From assembly GCA_001771135.1 (NCBI GenBank), contig MESW01000003.1, forward strand, positions 72,719-136,718: 64,000 nt of DNA, given 5' to 3'. Made by a program: the position numbers and the translations under genes. The number at the start of each line of letters is the position of its first letter. Within the stretch, counting starts at the first letter, position 1. Shown piece by piece: positions 39,312-50,356 of the stretch. The notes beneath the pieces are model-generated. The model worked only from the letters and a program-made list of their open reading frames with translations. It did no database searches and was not told the DNA's origin. This DNA is from a candidate division CPR3 bacterium GWF2_35_18 (lineage in GTDB: Bacteria; Patescibacteriota; CPR3; GWF2-35-18).

Positions 39312-41894
39312 TTATATAGCTGATTTCTTTTTCCGTAAAGAATAGAAAATAGCTATCGGAATAATTAAAATAATAACCGTTGAACCTCCGTAAATCATTA
39401 AAGTGGAAATTGTGACTCCGGTTTCGGGTAGCTCTGCTGGAGCGTTAATGGTTAAAGAAAATTGTAAAGTATCGGTATTCCCAGCAATATCTTCTGAATC
39501 AATAGTTACAGTGTGTGCTCCAACTGGAATATTAATGTCTGGTGTAAATGTCCAACTGCCATCATCTCCGACGATTGTTTGCCCAGTAATGGGATCTGAA
39601 TTGATCGTCACCGTCACCGTAGAATCAGCTTCTCCTGTACCTATAAATACCGGTTTCATGTTGTTGGTATTCCAATCGGTCAGATCGTCATTAAATTCAC
39701 CATTATCGATTGATTCAAGAGAAATTGTAGTTGTTGTATCGAGAAACAAAGTAACCGTATAAATCTCACTTTCATTAGATGCGGCATCACGGTATTTCAC
39801 ATAGATAACTTTGATTCCATCACCATTGGAAAGATCCCAAGTCATGTTTTCCGCATATGTGACCCAGATTCCGTCTGAGAAGTTCGGATCTTCAGAAATC
39901 ATAACTTCTACTACCCCTGCCAGAGAATCGAATCCTTCCAAAACAAGATTTACGGTTTCTTCGTTCGAATAGGTAGTTCCTTCATATTCTACCCCACTAT
40001 CAGTAGTACTTTCACCAGTGGGAGTAGAGGTATCCAGGATAATACTATCCGAAATAGAAGCTGATTCGTTATCCAAGCTATCTCTAAACTTCACATACAC
40101 TGTCTTCGTTCCTTCTGTCGTAGAAAGGGTAAACACTTTTGTGGTATTGTAAGTCTCCCATGTCTCTCCGGTGAAACTAGAGCTTTCGGATAAGATCATT
40201 TCTGAGACTCCACTCACAAGGTCTGTTGCTGACAAGGTCAATGTTACACTGGTTGTATTTGTATAAGCAGCATCACCATTAATAACAATGCTTCCACCAC
40301 TGGGTCCTGACAGATCTACTGTAAATGTCTCTTCAGATTCACTTCCAGAACCGGTTGTATTTCCAACGTCATCACTACCTCTAACGTAAACCGTATGTTC
40401 ACCTTCATTAAGGGCTGTTGCTGGAGTACAACCGAAGGTTTCACTAACTTCGTCAAAAACCCCATCATCGGCGACACAATTACTCCAACTTCCAGAAGTA
40501 ATATCAACTTGAAACTGTACACTAGAAAGTGGATGTGAATCGGTGACAGTTCCCGTAATACTGGGAGTCTCATCTCCAGTTGGATCTGGCGTAACTGTAT
40601 CCAAAGCTATTACCGGGTCAGTAGTATCAGTAACTAAACGTGCGAATTTCAAATGACCAGTATTATCATCTTCGTAAGTAATAATGTAATCACCATAATT
40701 ATCGATTGTAAGATATGGATTATATACATAAGAAGTGGCATCAATTATTTCTGAAGTCCAGGTAGCCCCTTCATCTTCAGATTTATGTAGAATTAGTCCT
40801 GCATCATAACCTTCATCTACTAGTAAATAATTGTTATTATTATCAATAGCTAATGAATAAAATGTTGATAATTCTTCTGACAATTCAGTATCAACCCAGG
40901 TTTGTCCGTTATCATTTGATTTTTTTATCAGTCCATTTGGATACAAATAGGCATGTTGACTTTTCACAAAAGCTACAAAATCATTATTCTTATCTATCTG
41001 AAAATTTGCTTCTGTAGCAGAGTATTCATTTTCATATGAGAAATTCTCTGTCCAAGTCAATCCTTGATCATTTGAATAAATGAAATTAACAGAATATGTT
41101 GGGATTTGCAATTGCCCTCCAGTATAACTAGAAATATAAACATAATAATTATTATTATTATCATAATAAATGGAAGCACTTTCTAAAGATCTATTCAATT
41201 GGCTACCATCAACTTCAAGATAGTAGGTATCCCATGTTTGTCCTTGATCACTTGAAATTGCATATTTTACATCTCTGTAATATGTTGTAAGTCCTAAAGG
41301 AGTTCTTGATAACGGATTTGGAGAAATAAATATTAAACCTCCAGATGAATAATAATAATTGTAGAAAACTATATAATTACCTTCTTTATCAATACTTAAG
41401 CTTGAGCTACCACCACAAGAGCCTGATTCTAAACCCTCATATATATCAACTTGTGTTTTATTCCAAGTTACTCCTGCATCTACAGAACGTGCAAACTGTA
41501 AAGAATTATCTTCATCTGCATAAGTCAAAAGGTAATCACCATTGTCGTCAATTATAAAACCCAAAGGTCCCCAGTCATTATAGGTAGAATCATCGATCTC
41601 GGTTATCGTCCAAGTATGACCATAATCTAGTGATTTAGCCATATTTAAAGCTGTGGTATCGTAATTCGAATAAATTACAATATAGTTGTTATTAGCATCT
41701 GTCACAATTTTATTTGTATAACCCACCCAATCATCTGAATCATCGATAGTCGTTAACTCCCAAGTTGGAGCCGCCTGAACTTCAGAAACTATAGGAAAAT
41801 AAAAAAAAGTGTTAAATGAGAGTATAAAGATCAAAGTTAAGGTTATAATAATCCGGAATAGTTTATTATTTAATCTCAATAATTTATTAAACAT
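39312..41894 (-). CDS. Surface protein with Asp-box (BNR) propeller head, Ig-like stalk and LPETG anchor; start moved to ATG 41894
   Basis: Six S.D.G.TW Asp-boxes; stalk similar to the 13297-18300 protein; LPETG, TM helix and RKKK tail. Confidence 0.8.
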   Translation of the reverse strand: MFNKLLRLNNKLFRIIITLTLIFILSFNTFFYFPIVSEVQAAPTWELTTIDDSDDWVGYTNKIVTDANNNYIVIYSNYDTTALNMAKSLDYGHTWTITEIDDSTYNDWGPLGFIIDDNGDYLLTYADEDNSLQFARSVDAGVTWNKTQVDIYEGLESGSCGGSSSLSIDKEGNYIVFYNYYYSSGGLIFISPNPLSRTPLGLTTYYRDVKYAISSDQGQTWDTYYLEVDGSQLNRSLESASIYYDNNNNYYVYISSYTGGQLQIPTYSVNFIYSNDQGLTWTENFSYENEYSATEANFQIDKNNDFVAFVKSQHAYLYPNGLIKKSNDNGQTWVDTELSEELSTFYSLAIDNNNNYLLVDEGYDAGLILHKSEDEGATWTSEIIDATSYVYNPYLTIDNYGDYIITYEDDNTGHLKFARLVTDTTDPVIALDTVTPDPTGDETPSITGTVTDSHPLSSVQFQVDITSGSWSNCVADDGVFDEVSETFGCTPATALNEGEHTVYVRGSDDVGNTTGSGSESEETFTVDLSGPSGGSIVINGDAAYTNTTSVTLTLSATDLVSGVSEMILSESSSFTGETWETYNTTKVFTLSTTEGTKTVYVKFRDSLDNESASISDSIILDTSTPTGESTTDSGVEYEGTTYSNEETVNLVLEGFDSLAGVVEVMISEDPNFSDGIWVTYAENMTWDLSNGDGIKVIYVKYRDAASNESEIYTVTLFLDTTTTISLESIDNGEFNDDLTDWNTNNMKPVFIGTGEADSTVTVTINSDPITGQTIVGDDGSWTFTPDINIPVGAHTVTIDSEDIAGNTDTLQFSLTINAPAELPETGVTISTLMIYGGSTVIILIIPIAIFYSLRKKKSAI

Positions 41895-41976
41895 ATATTT
41901 TTTATCCTCAATATATATAAGTAATTTTGTATTATCTACATTATAGGGATTAACTGGAAACTTTGGCAAGAAGTAT

Positions 41977-42396
41977 TTAAACTGTAAGCTTATGTTTACG
42001 ACGTTTGGCGATTTTCAGATCGATTAATGAGCGACGGAAAGCCGCTTTGGCATTGATATGAATCTCACCCTTGGGCTTCTCCTTGAGAATCTCTTCGGCT
42101 CGTTTCTGCGCCTCCAAAACTTTCTGCTCATCAATTTCCTGCGCATGAACAGCTTTATCGGCAAGAACGAGTACTTTTTGAGAAGAAACTTCCAAAAATC
42201 CACCCCCGATAGAGTAATACTCTTCATGATTTTGAGTATGAATGATGAGTTCTCCTGGCTCAAGGATTGTAAATAATGGAACATGTTTGGGAAGAATAGT
42301 AAGCTGTCCACTCCTAGTGTTTACAGTAATTCTTTCCGCAACATCTTTATATTTTGTCCCTTCGGGAGAGATGATTTCTAAAGGAAAAGTGTCCAT
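41977..42396 (-). CDS. atpC: ATP synthase epsilon subunit
   Basis: LEIISPEG, ILPKHVP, GGFLEV, VLAD. Confidence 0.95.
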   Translation of the reverse strand: MDTFPLEIISPEGTKYKDVAERITVNTRSGQLTILPKHVPLFTILEPGELIIHTQNHEEYYSIGGGFLEVSSQKVLVLADKAVHAQEIDEQKVLEAQKRAEEILKEKPKGEIHINAKAAFRRSLIDLKIAKRRKHKLTV

Positions 42397-42411
42397 AATT
42401 AGAATCTCATA

Positions 42412-43815
<1,404 letters not shown>

Positions 43816-43820
43816 TTAAT

Positions 43821-44759
43821 CTATCCTTCTAGCCCCAACTTGGCTGTAGTTATATCAAGAAGTTCATTAGTAATTCCAGCTTGTCGGGCTTTATTATATT
43901 CAAGAGTTAATCCTTCAATAAGGTCTCCGGCATTATCAGTAGCATTTTTCATTGCTACCATTCGCGCCGAATACTCGGAAGCTTCAGCTTCATAAATGGC
44001 ATCCCGAAGTTGAATTTCCAAATAAGAATTCAGTAAAGCATCTAAAAGTGTTTTTATTGAAGGTTCAATGACAAAATCTTCTTCTTCTCTTTTTTCCGCT
44101 TTAAAAACTTCTGGTGAAATCTCTTTTTTTTCGGCTCCGGTTGCAGTTTTATATTTTAAGACTTTGGTCTCATCCAGTAGCTCTTGCAAACTAATTGGAA
44201 GCAGTCTTTTCATCACTGGCTTCTGGATCAAAGCATTTTTAAAATCACTGTATGCAATCCAAACCTCATCATATTCTTGTAAAATAAACTTTTCTTCAAC
44301 CAGACGAATAACCGCACTCACATTTTCGATAAAACTATTTCCCTTGGAAAAGTCAGCGATATATTGATCTTTTAAATAAACCACAAATGGCTGTCCTTTT
44401 TTCCCAATCGTCACAAAATCATTTTCAATCCCTGGTTCATTCTTCTCCCAATTTTCTACAAAACGAAAAAGGTTAGTATTCAAAGCCCCACAAAGTCCTT
44501 TATTAGTCGAAATCAAAATAATTAAACGGCGATTTTTTTTCTCTCTGATATCAATAAGAAGTGGATGCAAGGTAGAATCACCTCTTTGGGCCAAATCTCC
44601 AGCCATATGGAAAATAATATTAGCATATACTTTTCCGGCCAAAGCTTTATCTTGAGCCTTTTTCATCTTACTCGCGGCGACCATCTGCATCGCACGAGTA
44701 ATTTTCTTAATGTTCTTCGCAGATTTAATACGTCTTCTAATCTCTTTTTCAGTAGCCAT
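43821..44759 (-). CDS. atpG: ATP synthase gamma subunit
   Basis: KITRAMQMVAASK, KGLCG, ARMVAMKNATDNA, RQAGITNEL. Confidence 0.97.
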   Translation of the reverse strand: MATEKEIRRRIKSAKNIKKITRAMQMVAASKMKKAQDKALAGKVYANIIFHMAGDLAQRGDSTLHPLLIDIREKKNRRLIILISTNKGLCGALNTNLFRFVENWEKNEPGIENDFVTIGKKGQPFVVYLKDQYIADFSKGNSFIENVSAVIRLVEEKFILQEYDEVWIAYSDFKNALIQKPVMKRLLPISLQELLDETKVLKYKTATGAEKKEISPEVFKAEKREEEDFVIEPSIKTLLDALLNSYLEIQLRDAIYEAEASEYSARMVAMKNATDNAGDLIEGLTLEYNKARQAGITNELLDITTAKLGLEG

Positions 44760-44781
44760 AGAATTTATCTCTAACTAATTA

Positions 44782-46305
44782 TTAAACGGAAACAGTTTTC
44801 AATGACAAATCGCTATTTTCTTCTTTAAACTTCTTAGTAGCCTTTTCAAGTCCGCTTACCACACTATCACTAAGCTCTTTTTCTTCGATAATCTGTTTTA
44901 AAACTTTAGCATAGTTATTTTTTAAATAATAAACATATTTTTCTTCAAATTCGGTAATCTTTTCAACGGGAATATCATCAACATACCCATTTACAGCTGC
45001 CCAAATAATCGCAATCTGACTCTCCACGGGAACCGGTGCATATTGCGGTTGTTTCAAAATTTCGGTAACCCGAGATCCACGATCAAGCTGCGATTGAGTT
45101 GTTTTATCAAGATCTGATCCAAATTGGGCAAAAGCAGCTAGCTCTCGATATTGCGCCAAATCTAGTCTTAACTTTCCAGAAACCTTTTTCATTGCTTTAA
45201 TTTGCGCTGCCCCACCAACACGAGAAACTGAGATACCTACATTAAGTGCTGGTCGAATTCCAGAGTAAAAGAGATCTGATTCCAAAAATATCTGTCCATC
45301 AGTAATAGAAATAACATTAGTAGGAATATAGGCAGAAACATCTCCGGCCTGCGTTTCAATAATTGGAAGTGCTGTCAATGACCCACCGCCGAACTTTTCG
45401 TCCAAACGGCAAGCACGTTCCAAAAGTCTCGAGTGTAAGAAGAAAACATCTCCAGGATAAGCTTCACGACCGGAAGGACGACGAAGTAGTAAGGAGATCT
45501 GACGGTAAGCCCAAGCATGCTTGGTAAGATCATCGTAGATAACTAAAACATCTTTTCCAGACTCCATAAAATATTCACCCAAAGCACAACCAGCATAAGG
45601 AGCTAAATATTGAAGTGTCGTTGGATCCGAAGCATTTGCAGCCACAACAATCGTGTACTGCATGGCTCCATGTTCTTCAAGCTTATTAATTACCTGAGCT
45701 AACTTTGAAGCCTTCTGACCAATCGAAACATAAATACAAATAACATTTTCATTTTTTTGATTAATAATAGTATCGATCGCAATTGCCGATTTTCCAGTTC
45801 CGCGATCACCGATAATAAGTTCGCGTTGACCACGACCGATAGGAATAATAGCATCAATTGCTTTGATTCCGGTTTGCAAAGGAGTAGAAACAGATTTTCG
45901 GGTAATTACTCCGGGAGCGATTTTTTCAATTGGTTGATAAGCATCAATTTTGAAATCACCTTTATTATCAAGGAGCTTCCCGAGAGGAGTCATTACACGA
46001 CCTATTACTTCTTTGGAAACAGGAATCGAAAGTAATTTCCCGGTAGTTTTTACAACATCACCCTCTTTTAAATCTTCATATTTACCCAAAACGACTACGC
46101 CAACTTCATCTTTTTCGAGATTCAAAACTAATCCTTTTTCTCCATTGGGAAGATCTATAAGCTCATTGTACATGGCTTTTGAAAGACCAGAGATCTTTAA
46201 TACTCCATCTCCAACTTCTTTTATGGTTCCTAGATTCTCAACGGATCCTTCGAATTTAAACTTCTCAATTTTTTGTTTTAAATTTAGATCAAACCCTTTA
46301 GACAT
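44782..46305 (-). CDS. atpA: ATP synthase alpha subunit
   Basis: [27 protein letters not shown]. Confidence 0.98.
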   Translation of the reverse strand: MSKGFDLNLKQKIEKFKFEGSVENLGTIKEVGDGVLKISGLSKAMYNELIDLPNGEKGLVLNLEKDEVGVVVLGKYEDLKEGDVVKTTGKLLSIPVSKEVIGRVMTPLGKLLDNKGDFKIDAYQPIEKIAPGVITRKSVSTPLQTGIKAIDAIIPIGRGQRELIIGDRGTGKSAIAIDTIINQKNENVICIYVSIGQKASKLAQVINKLEEHGAMQYTIVVAANASDPTTLQYLAPYAGCALGEYFMESGKDVLVIYDDLTKHAWAYRQISLLLRRPSGREAYPGDVFFLHSRLLERACRLDEKFGGGSLTALPIIETQAGDVSAYIPTNVISITDGQIFLESDLFYSGIRPALNVGISVSRVGGAAQIKAMKKVSGKLRLDLAQYRELAAFAQFGSDLDKTTQSQLDRGSRVTEILKQPQYAPVPVESQIAIIWAAVNGYVDDIPVEKITEFEEKYVYYLKNNYAKVLKQIIEEKELSDSVVSGLEKATKKFKEENSDLSLKTVSV

Positions 46306-46308
46306 AAT

Positions 46309-46524
46309 TTAATCCTCTAAATATTTTTCCATCTCCTTAAGCTTGGTTTTTAAGCTTAAATTGATGATTTTATCTTCATGTTTAATTATGAGTCCACCCA
46401 AGATCTTTTTGTCTTCGGTATATGAGATATTAAGATCCTTACCCAAAATACGTTTTAATTCGGACTCAACGTTTTCGCGCTGTTTATCATCTAACTTAAT
46501 TGTAGAAACTACTTCAGTTTTCAT
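46309..46524 (-). CDS. atpH: ATP synthase delta subunit, C-terminal domain only
   Basis: VVSTIKLD, DKKILGGLII, NLSLKTKL; lies between atpF and atpA. Confidence 0.85.
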   Translation of the reverse strand: MKTEVVSTIKLDDKQRENVESELKRILGKDLNISYTEDKKILGGLIIKHEDKIINLSLKTKLKEMEKYLED

Positions 46525-46541
46525 ATTAATTAATGATTAAA

Positions 46542-47042
46542 TTAATGTAGAGAAACTTTTTCGAGATCTTTAATAGCTTGGTTCAAAAGACTCTTTTGTT
46601 TATTTTCATCAAACGATTCCTGCATCACCTTTTCGGCAATCAGAACAGCCATCTCGGCTGATTGTCTTTTAATCTCTTTAAACATCTCCTTCTTATCTGC
46701 TTCAATCTCTGATTCCAACTTCTTTCTGACTATCTCCAATTCCTTTTGACCTTTTTTAAGTAATTCTTCTTTTTCTTTTTGAGCTTGTATCTTCGATTGA
46801 GTAATTATTTTATCGGCCTGTTTTTTGGCTTCACTGATAGTATTTTTCTCAGATTCTGTAGCTTCAAGAAATTTTTTGCCTGCCTCATTATTTAATTCTT
46901 CTGTTTCTTCGGCTTTTTTCTTTCTCTCATCAAGTACTTTTAAAATTGGTTTAAAAAGAAACTTTTTAAGTAACAAAAGGAGTATAACAAAGTTGACTAT
47001 CTGAGCAATAATCAAGATTGGCTGAATCCCTAATTTTTCCAT
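46542..47042 (-). CDS. atpF: ATP synthase b subunit
   Basis: QIVNFVILLLLLKKFLFKPI..LDERK followed by a coiled coil. Confidence 0.93.
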   Translation of the reverse strand: MEKLGIQPILIIAQIVNFVILLLLLKKFLFKPILKVLDERKKKAEETEELNNEAGKKFLEATESEKNTISEAKKQADKIITQSKIQAQKEKEELLKKGQKELEIVRKKLESEIEADKKEMFKEIKRQSAEMAVLIAEKVMQESFDENKQKSLLNQAIKDLEKVSLH

Positions 47043-47069
47043 GGTAATACCTTCTTTTTAATTAATCCT

Positions 47070-47291
<222 letters not shown>

Positions 47292-47310
47292 TTATCCTCC
47301 TTATGAATCA

Positions 47311-47404
47311 ATTAAAACACTAAAACATTTAAACATGAAAACCAGTTTTCGCAATTTAAAATCTCACTTCAACATCTTTTGTTCTCTTGTTTTTATGTTT
47401 TAAT
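47311..47404. repeat. Inverted arrays of degenerate 8-bp units between atpB and atpE
   Basis: ATTAAAAC-ACTAAAAC-ATTTAAAC-ATGAAAAC (47311-47342) versus reverse-complement ATTAAAAC-ATAAAAAC-AAGAGAAC (47381-47404). Confidence 0.5.
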
Positions 47405-47407
47405 ATT

Positions 47408-48256
47408 TTAATGCTCTGAAATCGTCGCCATGCTTATAAAAACGAGTGACAACATCATAAATACCAGTGCTTGAATAAATCCGACAAATATTTCCAAACC
47501 AATAAATGGTAAAGGTGCGATAAAAGGAATCAAATAAGCAATCACAGTGAGTAAAACCTCTCCTGCAAAGATATTTCCAAACAACCGGAAAGCAAAAGAG
47601 ATAATTCGGGAAAACTCAGAAAGTAATTCCAAGATACCAATAAAACCATTGATCGGATTTCTAAAATTGAAGAATTTTTTTAAATATTTTAAGCCTAAAG
47701 TCTTAAATCCATAGAATTGAATCATAAATACCGAAATTAAAGCTAAAGCTAAAGTGGTATTCAGATCGGCGGTAGGACCTCGAAAAAGTGGCTTAAAGAT
47801 TTCCGACTCCGAATCGTGAGACTCTGCTGTTTCTGTAACCAAAATGTCTGATTCCGAATCACTGGCTTCAGTATTACTATGAGTTTCCGCATAAACCGAA
47901 TTTGTTTCCTCTAAAACTACCGCTTCCTCTTTGGTCTCGTAAAATCCGATTGATCCCACTCCGGGAATAAGTCCCGACCAGTTAGCAAAAATAATAAAAA
48001 TAAAAAAGGTCGCCAGAAGAGGAAAGATCTTGCGACCAAATTCTTTACCCGCTACATCTTCGGTAAGACCAAGTAACGCTCCAATCATAATTTCCATCAT
48101 CGACTGAAGTCGAGAAGGAATCTTGCTGACATTTTTATTCACAACAACCGCAAGTAAGATAAGTAACAACGTCACAATAATAGTAGTAAGAAGAGAGTTT
48201 GTAATTGGAAATGAACCTATTTTAAAAAGTGTTTCAGCGGCAACAGATACGTGCAT
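47408..48256 (-). CDS. atpB: ATP synthase a subunit
   Basis: PTADLN, SFAFRLFGNIFAGE, IQALVF. Confidence 0.96.
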   Translation of the reverse strand: MHVSVAAETLFKIGSFPITNSLLTTIIVTLLLILLAVVVNKNVSKIPSRLQSMMEIMIGALLGLTEDVAGKEFGRKIFPLLATFFIFIIFANWSGLIPGVGSIGFYETKEEAVVLEETNSVYAETHSNTEASDSESDILVTETAESHDSESEIFKPLFRGPTADLNTTLALALISVFMIQFYGFKTLGLKYLKKFFNFRNPINGFIGILELLSEFSRIISFAFRLFGNIFAGEVLLTVIAYLIPFIAPLPFIGLEIFVGFIQALVFMMLSLVFISMATISEH

Positions 48257-48273
48257 AATAATAAATTTTTAAA

Positions 48274-48537
48274 TTATGTTTTTTTACTTTTATTAATAAA
48301 CTGTTTGACTTGAAAAATCCCTGCTCCAAAACCTAGAATCATTCCAACAGTTAAAGAAATTACCGTAGCTATCGGCTTTGTACCAAATTTATTGTCCAGT
48401 GTCAATCCTAAAAAGATACCCAAGAGGGCTGGAACCAAAATTACAAAACCAAAATTGAACACAAAAGAAAGCCCAAACATGACTTCTCTAGTACTACTAA
48501 CCGGTATTTTTTTGTTCGCGATATTTTTATCAGTCAT
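48274..48537 (-). CDS. AtpZ/AtpI family protein
   Basis: Two TM helices around GLTLDNKFGTKP; first gene of the atp operon. Confidence 0.8.
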   Translation of the reverse strand: MTDKNIANKKIPVSSTREVMFGLSFVFNFGFVILVPALLGIFLGLTLDNKFGTKPIATVISLTVGMILGFGAGIFQVKQFINKSKKT

Positions 48538-48544
48538 TTAAAAC

Positions 48545-48660
48545 AAAAAACCTCAAATCGTGACTTAATCTTGACATGAATTATCTAATGATGATTCATA
48601 GGTTTGGGTATTAAATATTTAAAACCCAAAAATAAAAGATTAGCCTAAGATTGAGGTCAC
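48545..48660 (-). promoter_or_regulatory. Candidate structured leader RNA of the atp operon
   Basis: Long-range stem, two internal hairpins, and an alternative pairing that ends in a U-tract. Confidence 0.4.
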
Positions 48661-48784
48661 ATTTCAATATATCATATAGTAGAAATAAATTTCAAGGAGT
48701 TTTTGGAAAAGAAATTCCTGAGGGAACAAAAAATAAAGCATTTTTTGCTCCCTCATCACCGTAAATAGGGTGAACGAACATAAA

Positions 48785-48946
48785 CTACCCCCTCCAGTTC
48801 TTGAAAGTTTTTGCAATGAATTTAAATCCTTGCTCTCGCCACAGATAGCAAAAAGCTCGGATAGCTGAAGATCTCTGGATACGCCGAAAACGTGTCCTTT
48901 GATTATGAAACCCATTAGAATGGTTTTGCACTCTTTGATTCGTCAC
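48785..48946 (-). CDS. Small basic hypothetical protein (53 aa, GTG start)
   Basis: AAGGAG RBS 5 nt before GTG at 48946; Arg-rich. Confidence 0.4.
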   Translation of the reverse strand: MTNQRVQNHSNGFHNQRTRFRRIQRSSAIRAFCYLWREQGFKFIAKTFKNWRG

Positions 48947-49007
48947 AGACTCTCCTTTATTGAAACACAAACATGTATAATTGGGTTATTCATTTATCTA
49001 GCTATGG

Positions 49008-49205
49008 CTAGAAACAATACTTGAGAAGGAAATTACACATCTGCCTTGAGGTACGTTCCGAATGTAGAATCGCTTCTATCTCAACATCTTCCAGAAATTC
49101 CGAACAACCTAAAAGGACCATCCTAACTACTGAATGCACTTCCCAAAATCTATATTGTCGAATTTGAGGTCGATCGCTTACTTTCCGTCCTTTCTTCCGA
49201 TACAT
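49008..49205 (-). CDS. Small hypothetical protein (65 aa)
   Basis: AGAAAGGAG RBS before ATG 49205; MYRKKGRK...LLKYCF*. Confidence 0.45.
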   Translation of the reverse strand: MYRKKGRKVSDRPQIRQYRFWEVHSVVRMVLLGCSEFLEDVEIEAILHSERTSRQMCNFLLKYCF

Positions 49206-49315
49206 CTGAAACTCCTTTCTTGTTTTTTTGTGGGGGGTTATTTGAAATAATTTTTGAGAGCAAGATAATGGATAACTATGAGTTAATTTGGGTATAACAC
49301 AACAAACCCGAATAT

Positions 49316-50356
49316 TCAAGAAATTATGATGTCTAAATCGTAACCGCAAAATGAACATTTTCCAGCTGGATTAAAATTGGGACTGGAAACGTTCCAGCCA
49401 CTCCTTTTAATAACCATTTTCTGACAGTTGGGACAAACTGTATCTGAAATGGAAAAATTACTGCTTGGAGCCCAAACAAACACAAAATTCAGACCGGCAG
49501 TTTTTCCAATTTGAGATGCTTTTCCCAAAATAGCTTTAGAAGTCGTAGCAATTTCCCGAAATTCAGCATCTGGAGCAAGCTCGGGACTATATTGGGATAA
49601 ATGCCAGGGAGTATTTGAACCCAAATTATCACGTATCCATTTTGACATCTTTTTCAATTCCGATACCGAATCATTAATTCCGGGAATAATTAATGTGGTA
49701 ATTTCGACCTTCATTCTCCATTTTTCCTGAGCTCTTTTAGTAAGTTCAATAATTTTTTGAAAATCAACTTCATTACCTTGTTTTTTGTAACTCAAGTTGG
49801 AAAATCCTTTAAAATCAACCGCATAACCACGCATATACGGACCGATATAATCAAGAGACTCTTCAGTTAGATAACCATTTGTCACAAACACGGTATACAA
49901 ATTTTCCTTTTTCGCTAATTTTGCCGCTTCGTGTACAAACTCAATCCAAATAGTCGGTTCGTTATAAGTAAAAGCGACACCGGAAACATTTAGTTTTTTA
50001 ACTTCGTTAATAAATTCCTTTGGAGTAATGGTAATTTCATCCTCAAGATGTGAAAAATCGTACTCGTATGAAGTAAAGTAATTCAGGCACTGTTTGCAAC
50101 GGAAGTTACAACCCATTGAACCTATTGAAGCCACCATTGTCCCAGGGAAGAAATGATACATCGGCTTTTTTTCAATCGGATCAATCTGAATTCCACCGGT
50201 TATTTTTCCATAAATTAAACTGTACAGCTTACCATTTTCGTTTAATCTTGTTTGGCAAAACCCTTTCTTCCCTTTTGCAATCACACATTCGTAACCGCAG
50301 GTATGGCATTTCACAACATTCTTTTTGAGTTTTGTATATAAAGCTGCTTCTTTCAT
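49316..50356 (-). CDS. amrS: AmmeMemoRadiSam-system radical SAM enzyme
   Basis: N-terminal CxxC...C...C, IDPIEKKPMYHF, CNFRCKQC, FTYNEP, TNGY, C-terminal CPNC...CSFC. Confidence 0.9.
   Translation of the reverse strand: MKEAALYTKLKKNVVKCHTCGYECVIAKGKKGFCQTRLNENGKLYSLIYGKITGGIQIDPIEKKPMYHFFPGTMVASIGSMGCNFRCKQCLNYFTSYEYDFSHLEDEITITPKEFINEVKKLNVSGVAFTYNEPTIWIEFVHEAAKLAKKENLYTVFVTNGYLTEESLDYIGPYMRGYAVDFKGFSNLSYKKQGNEVDFQKIIELTKRAQEKWRMKVEITTLIIPGINDSVSELKKMSKWIRDNLGSNTPWHLSQYSPELAPDAEFREIATTSKAILGKASQIGKTAGLNFVFVWAPSSNFSISDTVCPNCQKMVIKRSGWNVSSPNFNPAGKCSFCGYDLDIIIS

Noticed and set aside
48664-48915. 83-aa ORF upstream of atpZ
   Set aside because: It overlaps the RBS-supported GTG ORF in another frame and has no RBS or motif
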